Below are positions 1 to 9,363 of a stretch of 38,733 bases of DNA, piece after piece. Source of the stretch: Myxococcota bacterium (lineage in GTDB: Bacteria > Myxococcota > XYA12-FULL-58-9 > JABJBS01). The notes under the pieces are model-generated. The model did not search any database. It worked only from the letters and a program-made list of their open reading frames with translations, and was not told the DNA's origin. The stretch spans positions 1 through 38,733 of the forward strand of contig JAYZAY010000027.1 of NCBI GenBank assembly GCA_036339465.1, in the 5' to 3' direction. Position numbers and translations under genes: made by a program. Each line of letters opens with the position of its first letter. Positions within the stretch are counted from its first letter, which is position 1.

Positions 1-1
1 A

Positions 2-493
2 AGATTGGAGACAACTCGGCAGCGAATATTGTCCAAGTCTGGAGAGTCGATTCCCGTCAACTTGTCTGCGGCGATCTTGTACGATGATGGTATTGAAATA
101 GGCACGGTGGGGATTTTTACGGATTTAAGAGAGCGTTTGAAAGTTGCAGAGAAATTAAGGGCAGCTGAAGAAGAACTGAGGGAGCGGGAACGTCATAAGC
201 TCACCATCGAATTGGCGGGGGCTGCGGCTCATGAGCTTAATCAGCCTCTTACTTCGATTGTGGGTTATTCTGATATCTTGTCGCGGCGCCTACCAGAAGA
301 CGAACGACTTCATCGTGCTGTTAATATTATTGTTCAGGAGTCGACTCGAATGGCTGAGATTGTAAAGCGTTTGGGTAAGCTCACAACTCGAAAAACCAAG
401 GAATATATTGGTGAAACCTCTATCTTACATCTCAATCGTGGTCTTCCGTTGGAAACGGGCCTTGATAGGGGGGAGGAGGAACCATATGAATGA
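2..493 (+). CDS. PAS/PAC + HisKA signalling protein, 5'-truncated by the window; no HATPase domain
   Basis: Frame is open from the window edge. PAC-like segment (SKSGESIPVNLSAAILYDDGIEIGTVGIFTDLRE) is followed by H-box AHELNQPLTSIVGY, and the ORF stops ~85 aa later without N/G1/F/G2 boxes. Confidence 0.8.
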   Translation, partial: RLETTRQRILSKSGESIPVNLSAAILYDDGIEIGTVGIFTDLRERLKVAEKLRAAEEELRERERHKLTIELAGAAAHELNQPLTSIVGYSDILSRRLPEDERLHRAVNIIVQESTRMAEIVKRLGKLTTRKTKEYIGETSILHLNRGLPLETGLDRGEEEPYE

Positions 494-526
494 GTCGATG
501 GGATTTCTAGAAAGAGGAAGTATTGC

Positions 527-1318
527 ATGAAAAATCGATGGTTGTTGATTTCCTTTTCGGCGCTCAGTTCTCTCCTGTTCATCTCTGAGAATGTTGCTTT
601 TGCGGAGGATTTAAGTGCCAGACAAATTGTAGATCGTTGCCTGAAAAACAATGCTTTTGGTTTTAATAATGCAGAGGCTCAGATTGAATTGGCTATTTTT
701 AGTAAGCGAGGCTCGAAACGAATTCGTTCTATCAAGATTAAGTCTCAGGAAGAGAATGAGTTAACCAAAACTTTGATCCGTTTTCTCGCTCCCGCAGACG
801 TTGCTGGAACAGGATTTCTTTTATTGGAAAATCGGGGGGCCGATGATGAACAATATCTATTTCTACCAGCACTTGGGAAGGTTAAGAGAATTTCTGGTCG
901 ACAACGAAACCAACGTTTTATGGGTACGGATCTCACCTATGCCGATATGGAGAGTCGTGACTTAGAAGATGCAACCTTAACGAGGCTTTCCGATCAAGCT
1001 TTAAGTGGTAATCCCACCTATGTGATCGAAGCAGTTCCCACAAATATGAAAGAAAGCCAGTATAGTAAGACTAAATCGTGGATTCATAAAACATCATTTG
1101 TGCCGTTGAAGGTCGAATTCTTCGACAAGCGCGGCAAAGCATTAAAAACGCTTTTGGTTCGAAGATTGGAGAGAAAGGATGGTCGCTGGCTCTCTCGTGA
1201 TACTTTGATCAAGAATGTTCAAAAGAAGACAAAGACGGAAATGAAGGTTCAGGATATTCGCTTTGATATTCAATTTAAGAAAAAAGATTTTACACAACGT
1301 GCTCTCAAAGAAGGTTAA
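527..1318 (+). CDS. Outer-membrane lipoprotein-sorting (LolA-like) protein
   Basis: Signal peptide and motifs RFLAPADVAGTGFL, QYLFLPALGKVKRI and FMGTDLTYADM, typical of this family. RBS AGAGG upstream. Confidence 0.85.
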   Translation: MKNRWLLISFSALSSLLFISENVAFAEDLSARQIVDRCLKNNAFGFNNAEAQIELAIFSKRGSKRIRSIKIKSQEENELTKTLIRFLAPADVAGTGFLLLENRGADDEQYLFLPALGKVKRISGRQRNQRFMGTDLTYADMESRDLEDATLTRLSDQALSGNPTYVIEAVPTNMKESQYSKTKSWIHKTSFVPLKVEFFDKRGKALKTLLVRRLERKDGRWLSRDTLIKNVQKKTKTEMKVQDIRFDIQFKKKDFTQRALKEG

Positions 1319-1339
1319 CCTGTCCCTTTCGGGTTTTAC

Positions 1340-3175
1340 ATGATTAAGTTATTCATCTCTTTGTCTTGTTACTTTTGGTTTTGTCTGATCCTTGCAGTTT
1401 TCTCCGGACCGATTGTTCTCGCGAATATTGCAGAAGCTTCTGAAAAGTCATTTGGAAAGGTGGTTGTTTCTGATCCGAAAAGTGGTTTCGAGGCCAAAGA
1501 ACCTATCCCATTGAAAGTGATTTCTGACGATGTCTTCATTGTGGAAGAGGATGTTGTCGAACAAGGAAGTGAAGAAACGAAAGACGCTCCCTCCTCTGAA
1601 GATAAAGGCATTGTTATTGTAGAGGAAGCTCAATCAGAATCATCTGAATCTCTGGCCGAATCAGTGGTCATTGTTATGGAAGATCCTGAGGAGGTTGAAG
1701 AAAAACTTTCTTCCGTTTTGGAGTTGCCCTCAAGAACGTTTACTTTGAGATGGAAACGAAAAATCCGCACTCAGCTGCTTGTTGACACTGCTTTCGAAAA
1801 CACAGACGAAGATGCTGTTGAGTGGTGGAATTTGGCTGGTTTGAGATTAGAGGCTCGGAGTAATGATGGCTGGTCAGCTGTCACGGATGTGCTCTTACGG
1901 TGGGGGGTTACGGGTGAAAAATCAGAAGAGGGTACCAGCTACTACTTATTGAATAGTCGTGACTTAAAATGGAGTTCTCAGAGTTCGCTCCGAGAAGCCT
2001 ATGTCAGATATGCATGGGATGGGTTGGAAGTGTATGGCGGAACGAGAATTTTTTCATGGGGGAGGAATGAATTTCTTGCGGCTGGCGATGTTATCAATCC
2101 CGCAAGTCTGCAATACGATGTATTGGGCGCATTGACGTCTACGCGGGATTCTAAGGTTGCGGTAGCAGTTTTGGGTGGTGCTTATGCCGGAGATACGTGG
2201 TCTGTAGAGATGGTGGTTATACCCTTCTTTCGACGCGCAGAAGCCTTTGTGTTTGGGAGAGATTTTTCTCTTTTCGGGAGCGGCAGTGATTTAGAGGCGC
2301 AGATTAGAGCAGTGGCCCCAGTCCATCCATCCATTGAGGATGATTTGCAACGCGCATTGGTAGGCACAGAAAAACCTTGGGCTTCAATGGAAAATTTTTC
2401 GTTGGCATTACGGGGAGATTATTCTTGGCCAACGATTGATGTGGGGTTGAGCCTATATTGGGGGTGGGACTCGAATCCCAGTGTTTGGCTCGATGATGAT
2501 TTGAGAATGTTATTGAAGACAGGCGCAGCTCGGATCCCGGGAGTGGGTGTTGGGGCCACGTTGATTGATCCCACGGATCCTGTGAATGCCCGGGTTCAGC
2601 AGAAGTTGACTTTGGGACAAACCCTTTTGGAGGTTGATTACGAACGAATATTGATTGGTGCCATCGACGTTCAGTGGGTTCTGGGAGAGGTTATTGTCAA
2701 ATTCGATTTTGGTGGGGCGCCAAACCGTACCTTTTATCGCGATAGTTTTGATTCTATTCGGTTGCCGAGCGCACAATTAACCTTGGGGCTCGAATACAAT
2801 TTCGGAGAAGAGTTCTACATACAAGTTACGGGATTTAGTCAGGTGGTTTTCAATATTCCCGAAGGTATATGGCTACAATTATTTGACGATCTGAGTCGCA
2901 CTAACTCGAATCGAAACTCTAAATTGAGTTGGTTGGGCGGGGCTTTTAGTTCCTTGCGGTATTCAATGGTGGATTTTGGGGGGGACTTCGAGCTTGCGAC
3001 GTTGATGAAACTCAAGCCTTTTGAATCCGTAGTTTTGGGTAAATTCACCTACCGTGATTTAGAACCCCACGAATTTTTTGTCGGCTGCATGTTCTTGACA
3101 GGGGCTCTAGGGGGCACCCTGAAGCCATTCGAAGAGAGTGACCTAGTCTTTATGGGATACCAGGCTACCTGGTAA
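1340..3175 (+). CDS. Putative outer-membrane beta-barrel protein (DUF1302-like) with acidic N-terminal region
   Basis: LREAYVRY...GTRIFSWGRNE...DVINP motif, amphipathic strands and terminal aromatic residue (GYQATW). Lies next to the LolA-like gene. Confidence 0.65.
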   Translation: MIKLFISLSCYFWFCLILAVFSGPIVLANIAEASEKSFGKVVVSDPKSGFEAKEPIPLKVISDDVFIVEEDVVEQGSEETKDAPSSEDKGIVIVEEAQSESSESLAESVVIVMEDPEEVEEKLSSVLELPSRTFTLRWKRKIRTQLLVDTAFENTDEDAVEWWNLAGLRLEARSNDGWSAVTDVLLRWGVTGEKSEEGTSYYLLNSRDLKWSSQSSLREAYVRYAWDGLEVYGGTRIFSWGRNEFLAAGDVINPASLQYDVLGALTSTRDSKVAVAVLGGAYAGDTWSVEMVVIPFFRRAEAFVFGRDFSLFGSGSDLEAQIRAVAPVHPSIEDDLQRALVGTEKPWASMENFSLALRGDYSWPTIDVGLSLYWGWDSNPSVWLDDDLRMLLKTGAARIPGVGVGATLIDPTDPVNARVQQKLTLGQTLLEVDYERILIGAIDVQWVLGEVIVKFDFGGAPNRTFYRDSFDSIRLPSAQLTLGLEYNFGEEFYIQVTGFSQVVFNIPEGIWLQLFDDLSRTNSNRNSKLSWLGGAFSSLRYSMVDFGGDFELATLMKLKPFESVVLGKFTYRDLEPHEFFVGCMFLTGALGGTLKPFEESDLVFMGYQATW

Positions 3176-4129
3176 TTATTTTAGTGAAGAAATGAGTTCG
3201 GGGACGACGTCGAAGAGGTCAGCCACTAGGCCGTAATCGGACACTTGAAAAATTGGAGCGTCGGGGTCTTTATTGATTGCCACAATCACCTTAGAACCTT
3301 TCATTCCTGCCAAGTGTTGAATGGCGCCGCTGATACCAATCGCGAAGTAAAGGTTTGGCGCTACGACCTTACCGGTTTGGCCGATTTGAAGGTCATTGGG
3401 AACCCATCCAGCATCACAAATGGCCCGACTCGCACCCACGCCGCCGTTGAGGCAGTCTGCTAAATCTTCAATGAGCTTGAAGTTTTCTTGAGCTTTGAGT
3501 CCTCGGCCTCCCGCTACCACCACATCGGCACTGGTTGCGTCAGGTCGCTCACTTTTGACTTGTTTAATAGAGATGAATTCAGTTTTGAGGCTACTTAAAT
3601 CGACGTTTAAGTCGTGCGCTTCAACGGGAGATTCTCCGCCTTCTGCTGGATCGTCGAACTCGGTGGCTCGAACAGTCGCTATATGTGTGTCTGTGGCCAG
3701 TTCTACGGTGGCAATAACATCACCCGCCCACATTGGGCGTTTGAACTGGTTTGCGCCTACCACCGCCATGACATCACTGGCCATGGCTGCTTCGAGTTCA
3801 CCGGCAACGCGCGGCATCAGATCTTTGGTGCTAGAAGTTGTGGCTCCCGCCACCATCGTGGCTGAGGAGGCCTTCGCTCCCGCTACCAGTGCTTGAGTGT
3901 AACTCTCAGCTTGGTAATTCTCGAAACAGGCATTGTCGAAAGTGTGGACTTTCGCGGCACCGTATTTCCTGGCTTGGTCAACGACTTCGCCAAGGTTTGA
4001 GCCAATTAATGCGAGGTGGAGTTCTCCACCTTTTACTTTTGCCAATTCTTGCCCGAAGGTCACAGCAGCAAGAGAAGATTTCTTAACCTCGCCCTCTGCG
4101 TGCTCCACGAAAATAAGAACGTTACTCAT
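3176..4129 (-). CDS. etfA: Electron transfer flavoprotein alpha subunit
   Basis: VVVAGGRG, GASRA, QIGQTGKVVAPNLYFAIGISGAIQHLAGM, AINKDPDAPIF. Confidence 0.97.
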   Translation of the reverse strand: MSNVLIFVEHAEGEVKKSSLAAVTFGQELAKVKGGELHLALIGSNLGEVVDQARKYGAAKVHTFDNACFENYQAESYTQALVAGAKASSATMVAGATTSSTKDLMPRVAGELEAAMASDVMAVVGANQFKRPMWAGDVIATVELATDTHIATVRATEFDDPAEGGESPVEAHDLNVDLSSLKTEFISIKQVKSERPDATSADVVVAGGRGLKAQENFKLIEDLADCLNGGVGASRAICDAGWVPNDLQIGQTGKVVAPNLYFAIGISGAIQHLAGMKGSKVIVAINKDPDAPIFQVSDYGLVADLFDVVPELISSLK

Positions 4130-4141
4130 TGTGCACCTCTC

Positions 4142-4933
4142 TTAAATTACTTTTGCTTCGTTTTTGAGTTTCTCGACAAGCTCTCCAATATTTTCCACCT
4201 TAATTCCTGCGGCTCGAGAAGGAGGCGCTTCCATACCAATGACCTTGATGATTGAAGAGGTGTCTCCGAGCAGGTCTTTGGCTGCCAGCTCTTCGATGGG
4301 CTTTTTCTTGGCTTTCATGATTCCAGGTAGCGACGCGTAACGAGGTACATTGAGCCGAAGTTCGGTGGTAACAACAGCAGGTAGTTTAGCCTTGAGAACT
4401 TCAACGCCACCGTCGACTTCGCGAAGCGCTTGGAGCGAACCGTCGGCAATACTGAGCGCCGTTTGTTTGCCTTTTTCCTCTGGGCCTTCCAATGATTCTT
4501 CTTTCGAGGTGAAGCTGATTTGGCTCCATCCCAATTGCTGTGCTAAGAGCGCACCCACTTGTCCTAGATCGTCATCTACTGATTGCTTACCAAGGATGAT
4601 AAGATCCGGTGACTCCTTTTCCACCACTTTCTGAAGAGCCTTAACTTCATTGTGGGGGTCTAAATTCTTGTCCGCCACCACATGCACGCCCCGGTTGGCG
4701 CCCATGGCTAAGGCGGTGCGGATTTGCTGTGTGGCGTCTTTTGGTCCCACACATGCTACAATGAGTTCACCACTATGGGCATCACGAACTCGAAGTGCTT
4801 CTTCGACGGCGATTTCATCGAAGGGGTTTACCACATACTTCATTTGGTCCGTTTCAATTCCTGAACCATCGCCTTTAATCTTTACTTTAATCTCGGGGTC
4901 TTCCACCCGTTTAATGACTGTCAAAACTTTCAC
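4142..4933 (-). CDS. etfB: Electron transfer flavoprotein beta subunit
   Basis: NPFDEIAVEEALR, ALAMGA, GKQSVDDD, PRYASLPGIMKAKKKP. GTG start. Confidence 0.97.
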   Translation of the reverse strand: MKVLTVIKRVEDPEIKVKIKGDGSGIETDQMKYVVNPFDEIAVEEALRVRDAHSGELIVACVGPKDATQQIRTALAMGANRGVHVVADKNLDPHNEVKALQKVVEKESPDLIILGKQSVDDDLGQVGALLAQQLGWSQISFTSKEESLEGPEEKGKQTALSIADGSLQALREVDGGVEVLKAKLPAVVTTELRLNVPRYASLPGIMKAKKKPIEELAAKDLLGDTSSIIKVIGMEAPPSRAAGIKVENIGELVEKLKNEAKVI

Positions 4934-5065
4934 GTATGACCTCTTTTTTTGGTGTTATAGCTCGAAGCCTACCTGCCGATTGGAAGGTAAAGGGATGGAG
5001 CAAAAGTGTCAAGCAATGGAGGGGAGGTTTGCGGGAAGTATTGATGGTTCGTTGATTTTAGTCGT

Positions 5066-5794
5066 TTAGATCCGCGCCACAACGGGCGGGATTATATCTG
5101 AATTTTCGACATCTTGGTGGATTTTTATAATGTATCGGGCAACCTGCGCCGGTGTATTGAATGCATTTTTCGCTTTAATGTCATGGAATTTCTGAACCAT
5201 CGGAAATTGTTCTTCGCTGCATTTCCTGATTTGAGTCTGCATATCTGTATTTATAACACCCGGTGAGAGCGAAATGGCGCGTAGTCCGCTTTCCAATTCT
5301 TCTTCGGCAATGCAAGTGGTAAGTCGCTCCATAGCGGCTTTGGTCGCACAGTAGGCTCCCCAATGGGCGTAGGGCTTTTGGGCAGCACCCGATGAGATAT
5401 TGATGAGTAAGCCTTTATGTCTTTGATTGCGAACGTGGTTGATAAATAGCTTACTGGCTAGGAAGACTGCTTTAAGGTTGACGTTGATTGCTTGCTCAAA
5501 GGCAGCGTGGGTCATTTCTCGGACAGGACAAATGGGGTCTAGAATCCCAGCATTGTTAATCCAAAGGCTTATTTTTCCGAAAGTTTCAATTGTGTGGTTG
5601 GTAAAGCGAGTCAAGGATGATTCGTCGGTGATGTCGAATTGGGTCTCTATGCACTGGGGGTGCTTTATGGGAATGGGTCTTGAATGTGAGCAAGCACCAA
5701 CGGAGTACCCTTCCTCGAGTAGGCTTTGGCAGAGTCCAAGGCCGAGCCCTCGGCTAGCGCCGGTTACCAGTGCGCAGGGTTTATCGGTATTCAT
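5066..5794 (-). CDS. SDR family oxidoreductase (benzil/sepiapterin reductase-like)
   Basis: TGASRGLG, NNAG, NISSGAA, catalytic YCATK, PGVINTDMQ. Confidence 0.9.
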   Translation of the reverse strand: MNTDKPCALVTGASRGLGLGLCQSLLEEGYSVGACSHSRPIPIKHPQCIETQFDITDESSLTRFTNHTIETFGKISLWINNAGILDPICPVREMTHAAFEQAINVNLKAVFLASKLFINHVRNQRHKGLLINISSGAAQKPYAHWGAYCATKAAMERLTTCIAEEELESGLRAISLSPGVINTDMQTQIRKCSEEQFPMVQKFHDIKAKNAFNTPAQVARYIIKIHQDVENSDIIPPVVARI

Positions 5795-6465
5795 GAGCTG
5801 AGGGATTGATTTGCACTGCCCCTAAGAGATTGGATTGTTTGTTCGTAGTTCTCCGACTTGAATATCGCTGAGCCCGCCACGAAGACATTCGCACCAGCTT
5901 CAGCCGTTCGTTTAATGTTTTCCCCGTTGATGCCGCCGTCGACTTGAATATTCAAATTGGGATAGCCCCGTTCGATTACGAGTTTTCGGAGGTTGTTGAT
6001 TTTTGGCAGCATGGTATCAATGAATTTTTGACCACCAAATCCTGGATTAACGGTCATGATCAAGACCATGTCGAGCATATCAAGAACGTGTTCAATAGAA
6101 CGAATTGGAGTTGATGGATTCAAAGCGACTGCGGGTTTTGCACCTAGGTTTGTAATTTGGGAAAGCGTGCTGTGGAGATGGGGGCATGTCTCGGCGTGGA
6201 CGGTTAGTCGATCGGCCCCTGCTTTGACGTAGTCTTCGATACTGTGTTCGGGCTTTTCAATCATGAGGTGAACGTCAAATGGCAAAGAGGTGTGTGGGCG
6301 GATTTTGCTGATGACCGGTGGCCCGAGGGTTAGATTCGGGACGAAATGTCCGTCCATAATATCGACGTGAACCCAATCGGCCCCCCCTTTTTCGATGGCT
6401 TTGAGCTCAGTGCCTAGGTTGGCGAAATCCGATGCGAGAATGGATGGGGCGATAATCGTTTTCAT
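5791..6465 (-). CDS. rpe: Ribulose-phosphate 3-epimerase
   Basis: APSIL, HVDIMDGHFVPN, DVHLM, MTVNPGFGGQKF, VDGG. Confidence 0.98.
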   Translation of the reverse strand: MKTIIAPSILASDFANLGTELKAIEKGGADWVHVDIMDGHFVPNLTLGPPVISKIRPHTSLPFDVHLMIEKPEHSIEDYVKAGADRLTVHAETCPHLHSTLSQITNLGAKPAVALNPSTPIRSIEHVLDMLDMVLIMTVNPGFGGQKFIDTMLPKINNLRKLVIERGYPNLNIQVDGGINGENIKRTAEAGANVFVAGSAIFKSENYEQTIQSLRGSANQSLSS

Positions 6466-6584
6466 GTAGCTTCCTCAACGCTTGGGGTATCCCATGTGGT
6501 TGTAGGAGACAAGTGGATTTCTCTTGGATACGTGACTTGGTTGGAAGATCTAGGATACTAAGTATAGTGTGTCAGGAGGCGTTT

Positions 6585-7040
6585 ATGGCTCGAAGAAGTT
6601 CTGTGCATGATCTCATCCAATCTCGCAAGGCTCCGAAGCCTGTTGGTGCCTACTCACAAGCTCTTCGTGTTAACGAGCCAGGGGCACAGCTTTTTGTGTC
6701 CGGGCAAATTCCTATGGAGTTACCCAGCGGCAAGATTTATACGGGAAATGTCAAAAAGCAGGCCGAGATAGCTCTGAGCCATGTGAAGAGTATCGTGGAA
6801 GATGCGGGCTTTTCTATGGATGAAATTGTTAAATGCTCGATTTTTCTGACCGATATGAAACATCTTGAAACTGTGGATGCCGTTTATCAGACCTTCTTCA
6901 CGGGTGGCTCTCTTCCGGCTAGGGTTGTGGTTGCGGTAGCTGGGTTGCCTAAGGATGTGAACGTGGAGGTTGAGGCGATTGCGGTTAAGAAGGCAGTGGC
7001 GCAGGAGCAGGTGTTTCCAGGGGAGGGGTCTGGTTGGTGA
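6585..7040 (+). CDS. RidA/YjgF family enamine/imine deaminase
   Basis: APKPVGAYSQA, VSGQIP, PAR, LPKDVNVEVEAIA. ATG at 6585 with RBS AGGAGG at 6574-6579. Confidence 0.9.
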   Translation: MARRSSVHDLIQSRKAPKPVGAYSQALRVNEPGAQLFVSGQIPMELPSGKIYTGNVKKQAEIALSHVKSIVEDAGFSMDEIVKCSIFLTDMKHLETVDAVYQTFFTGGSLPARVVVAVAGLPKDVNVEVEAIAVKKAVAQEQVFPGEGSGW

Positions 7041-7063
7041 TATGCCGGTTGGTGGTATGGCCA

Positions 7064-7097
7064 GGGCATCATGATTTGAGGGGCATCATGATTTGAG
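7064..7097. repeat. Perfect 17-bp tandem duplication GGGCATCATGATTTGAG x2
   Basis: Copies at 7064-7080 and 7081-7097. The second copy contains the stop codon of the 7086-8567 gene. Confidence 0.95.
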
Positions 7098-8567
7098 TGC
7101 TTTTCGTGCCCGGACTTTGAGGGGGTATTGTATACTTATTTGATGGGCCAAGGCCTCTGCGGTTAGAACTTGTCCTTCTAGTCCCAAAGAGAAGAGATCT
7201 CGCCTGTAGGTTGTCCAGAGATTTCTCCATCGCGTTTTGAAACTCTGGCAGGGGTGTCCCAATAAGGTTTCTAAAGGGTCTGTGCTTCTAAAGTGGTAGT
7301 TGGGTTTGTTTTTGAAAGTGATTTTGTCGGCCAACACTGCTTCGAGCCCATCATCCAAGAATGGAATCAATGTCTTTAGGTCTGTGATGATTTGTTCGGT
7401 CCATTTTGCTTTGGCTTTATCGGATTTTTCGTCACCATTTTTGAGTTGTCGGATCAGGGTCAGACGTGAGTATCCGTCGATTTGATTCAACGAATTAGGT
7501 GTATCAGAGACTTTTTCGGCTTGGGTTTTAAAGCCCAGGATCGGAGCTTTGAGGTCATTGTTACTCGGAATGAAGAAATGGTTGCTTAGTCCCACGGGTA
7601 TGACGAAGTTCTTTACGATTAAGTGTAAATGTCCGAATGGTTGATTTTGGTGTTTTTGGCTCTGAGCGATGTTTAGCCTCTTTGCATTTTCATGTGGAAG
7701 TAAATCTTGAGGGTCGCGACTGTCGAGAACCACGACGCGTGCTTTGAGGTATGTGTCATCCTTGAGTCGAAGATGCTTCACCCGACCGAAGCTTCCTTCG
7801 ATAAGGCTTACTTCGCTCAAGGGGCTGATCGGGATGCCCACTTCTCGAGCGCGTACAAGCAGTTGGGATATCAGAGTCTCTTGCTGCAGTAATGGTACGT
7901 TGCCCCCTAATTGCAGAAGGGTCGACAGCCCTCGGATCAAGGCCACGGCACCGTCGGGGGTGTTAGGATTGATGTTGTTTCTGACCAGTTCTTTCAAGGC
8001 TCGATGGATATTGGGCGACTGATTGTCGAGGGACTTGCATAGCGCTTCTGCGGAGGACTGAATGGATTGAAAATCCTTGTTGGTTTTTCTTTTAAGGCCC
8101 CAGTGCTGCCAATAGTTTCTTGGGTGTACCGAGTCTGTCCTATTGAGGAAATGGTCGATTTCAAGATCTAACTGCTTGATTGCGTGGACTGTTTTTTCAA
8201 GGCGAGGTGCGCCGGTGCCAAAGACTCGTTTGAATTCGCGGCGACTTTCTTCGTTTTGCTGGTGGTGGAAATCCAACCTTTTTTTGGGCCATAACAGTTG
8301 CACTCTTGAGGAAGATTCCCGGAGGATGGGGGGGGCGAGTTCCAGACGTTTAAGCACGGCGTGTGCTCGGGTTGCATTGGCGATGAAGGGGATGCAGGTG
8401 GGCTCATTAGGGGCATACCAATCATTTTTCGCCTTGGAGAACGTGGTGTCTTGTGAGGTGAAAACGGCAGTGCGGTAGCCACGGCGTGACAACAAGCTGG
8501 CCGCCAAAAGTCCGGTTGTTTGGTCGGTGATAACAATGCAGTCGTAGGTTTGCTTAGGAATGGGCAT
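7086..8567 (-). CDS. FAD-dependent oxidoreductase-fold (phytoene desaturase-like) protein with degenerate dinucleotide-binding motif
   Basis: N-terminal YDCIVITDQTTGLLAASLLSRRGYRTAVF aligns with the Rossmann beta-alpha-beta but lacks GxGxxG. C-terminal LGLEGQVLTA resembles the desaturase-family tail. Confidence 0.6.
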   Translation of the reverse strand: MPIPKQTYDCIVITDQTTGLLAASLLSRRGYRTAVFTSQDTTFSKAKNDWYAPNEPTCIPFIANATRAHAVLKRLELAPPILRESSSRVQLLWPKKRLDFHHQQNEESRREFKRVFGTGAPRLEKTVHAIKQLDLEIDHFLNRTDSVHPRNYWQHWGLKRKTNKDFQSIQSSAEALCKSLDNQSPNIHRALKELVRNNINPNTPDGAVALIRGLSTLLQLGGNVPLLQQETLISQLLVRAREVGIPISPLSEVSLIEGSFGRVKHLRLKDDTYLKARVVVLDSRDPQDLLPHENAKRLNIAQSQKHQNQPFGHLHLIVKNFVIPVGLSNHFFIPSNNDLKAPILGFKTQAEKVSDTPNSLNQIDGYSRLTLIRQLKNGDEKSDKAKAKWTEQIITDLKTLIPFLDDGLEAVLADKITFKNKPNYHFRSTDPLETLLGHPCQSFKTRWRNLWTTYRRDLFSLGLEGQVLTAEALAHQISIQYPLKVRARKALKS

Positions 8568-9226
8568 TACGGCGTTCGCTCTTGGGAGTTGAGAGATTGC
8601 CTGCTTCCTATGGGTTTGATTTCAGGACGGGATTTTTGAAATCGACTTAGAATTTTGTCTGCCCAGCCACTCGAATTCTTAATGGGTGGGTCTTTCTTTT
8701 CGATTTTTTCGCCCATTTTTCGTGGGTTGATGTTGTCAAGCTCTGATAAAGTTGGCCATCGATTTCCCCATTCCCATGGATCATCTCTAATGTTCTCAGT
8801 GGAGATGGTCTGTGCGATTTCTTGAATGTTTGGTTTTTGTCCGGGGTGATTTGATGGTTCGGTATCCTGAATTGCGATGATTATTTCGGTTATTGTTGCC
8901 GGCAGTTGCACTTTGCTTAGGTGAGGATGCGTTAACTTTTTGACAAGAGATGAAGATGATTCAGGTCCCATGAGAATGGTTGGGGCTTTGATTGTATTTA
9001 GGAAGGATTGGACTTCGTGGTGGTGGTGGTTCTCCAGGGCGTTGACATGCAAAAGGAATATGTTGGGACAGGCCATAAAGGCGAGTTCCACGGATTGTGA
9101 GAGGGTATTTGCGGGAAAGACACAGAAGTTGTTCAGCCTGAGAAGGACTTCGAGGCAGCGCCTTCGCTGTTGGTCTGGATCCCAGAGGAGCAGGTTGGAT
9201 TTTTCGGGTTTAGAAAGTTTTTTCAT
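8567..9226 (-). CDS. Pseudo-receiver domain protein with low-complexity C-terminus
   Basis: LLLWDPD...PNIFLLHV...PTILMG follows the receiver beta/alpha pattern, with His at the phospho-Asp position. TAATG overlap with the downstream gene. Confidence 0.55.
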   Translation of the reverse strand: MKKLSKPEKSNLLLWDPDQQRRRCLEVLLRLNNFCVFPANTLSQSVELAFMACPNIFLLHVNALENHHHHEVQSFLNTIKAPTILMGPESSSSLVKKLTHPHLSKVQLPATITEIIIAIQDTEPSNHPGQKPNIQEIAQTISTENIRDDPWEWGNRWPTLSELDNINPRKMGEKIEKKDPPIKNSSGWADKILSRFQKSRPEIKPIGSRQSLNSQERTP

Positions 9227-9363
9227 GGTTACTTATGTGTCCGTATGAGCTGAGGTTGTCCGTGTGTCAAGACTCCGACTTCGGGATTGCCTACCTTAGG
9301 TTGTGATGTTAAACGCCGCTGGGGGAAGAATTCAATAGCGTGTATCATTTGGAGGATTTTACA

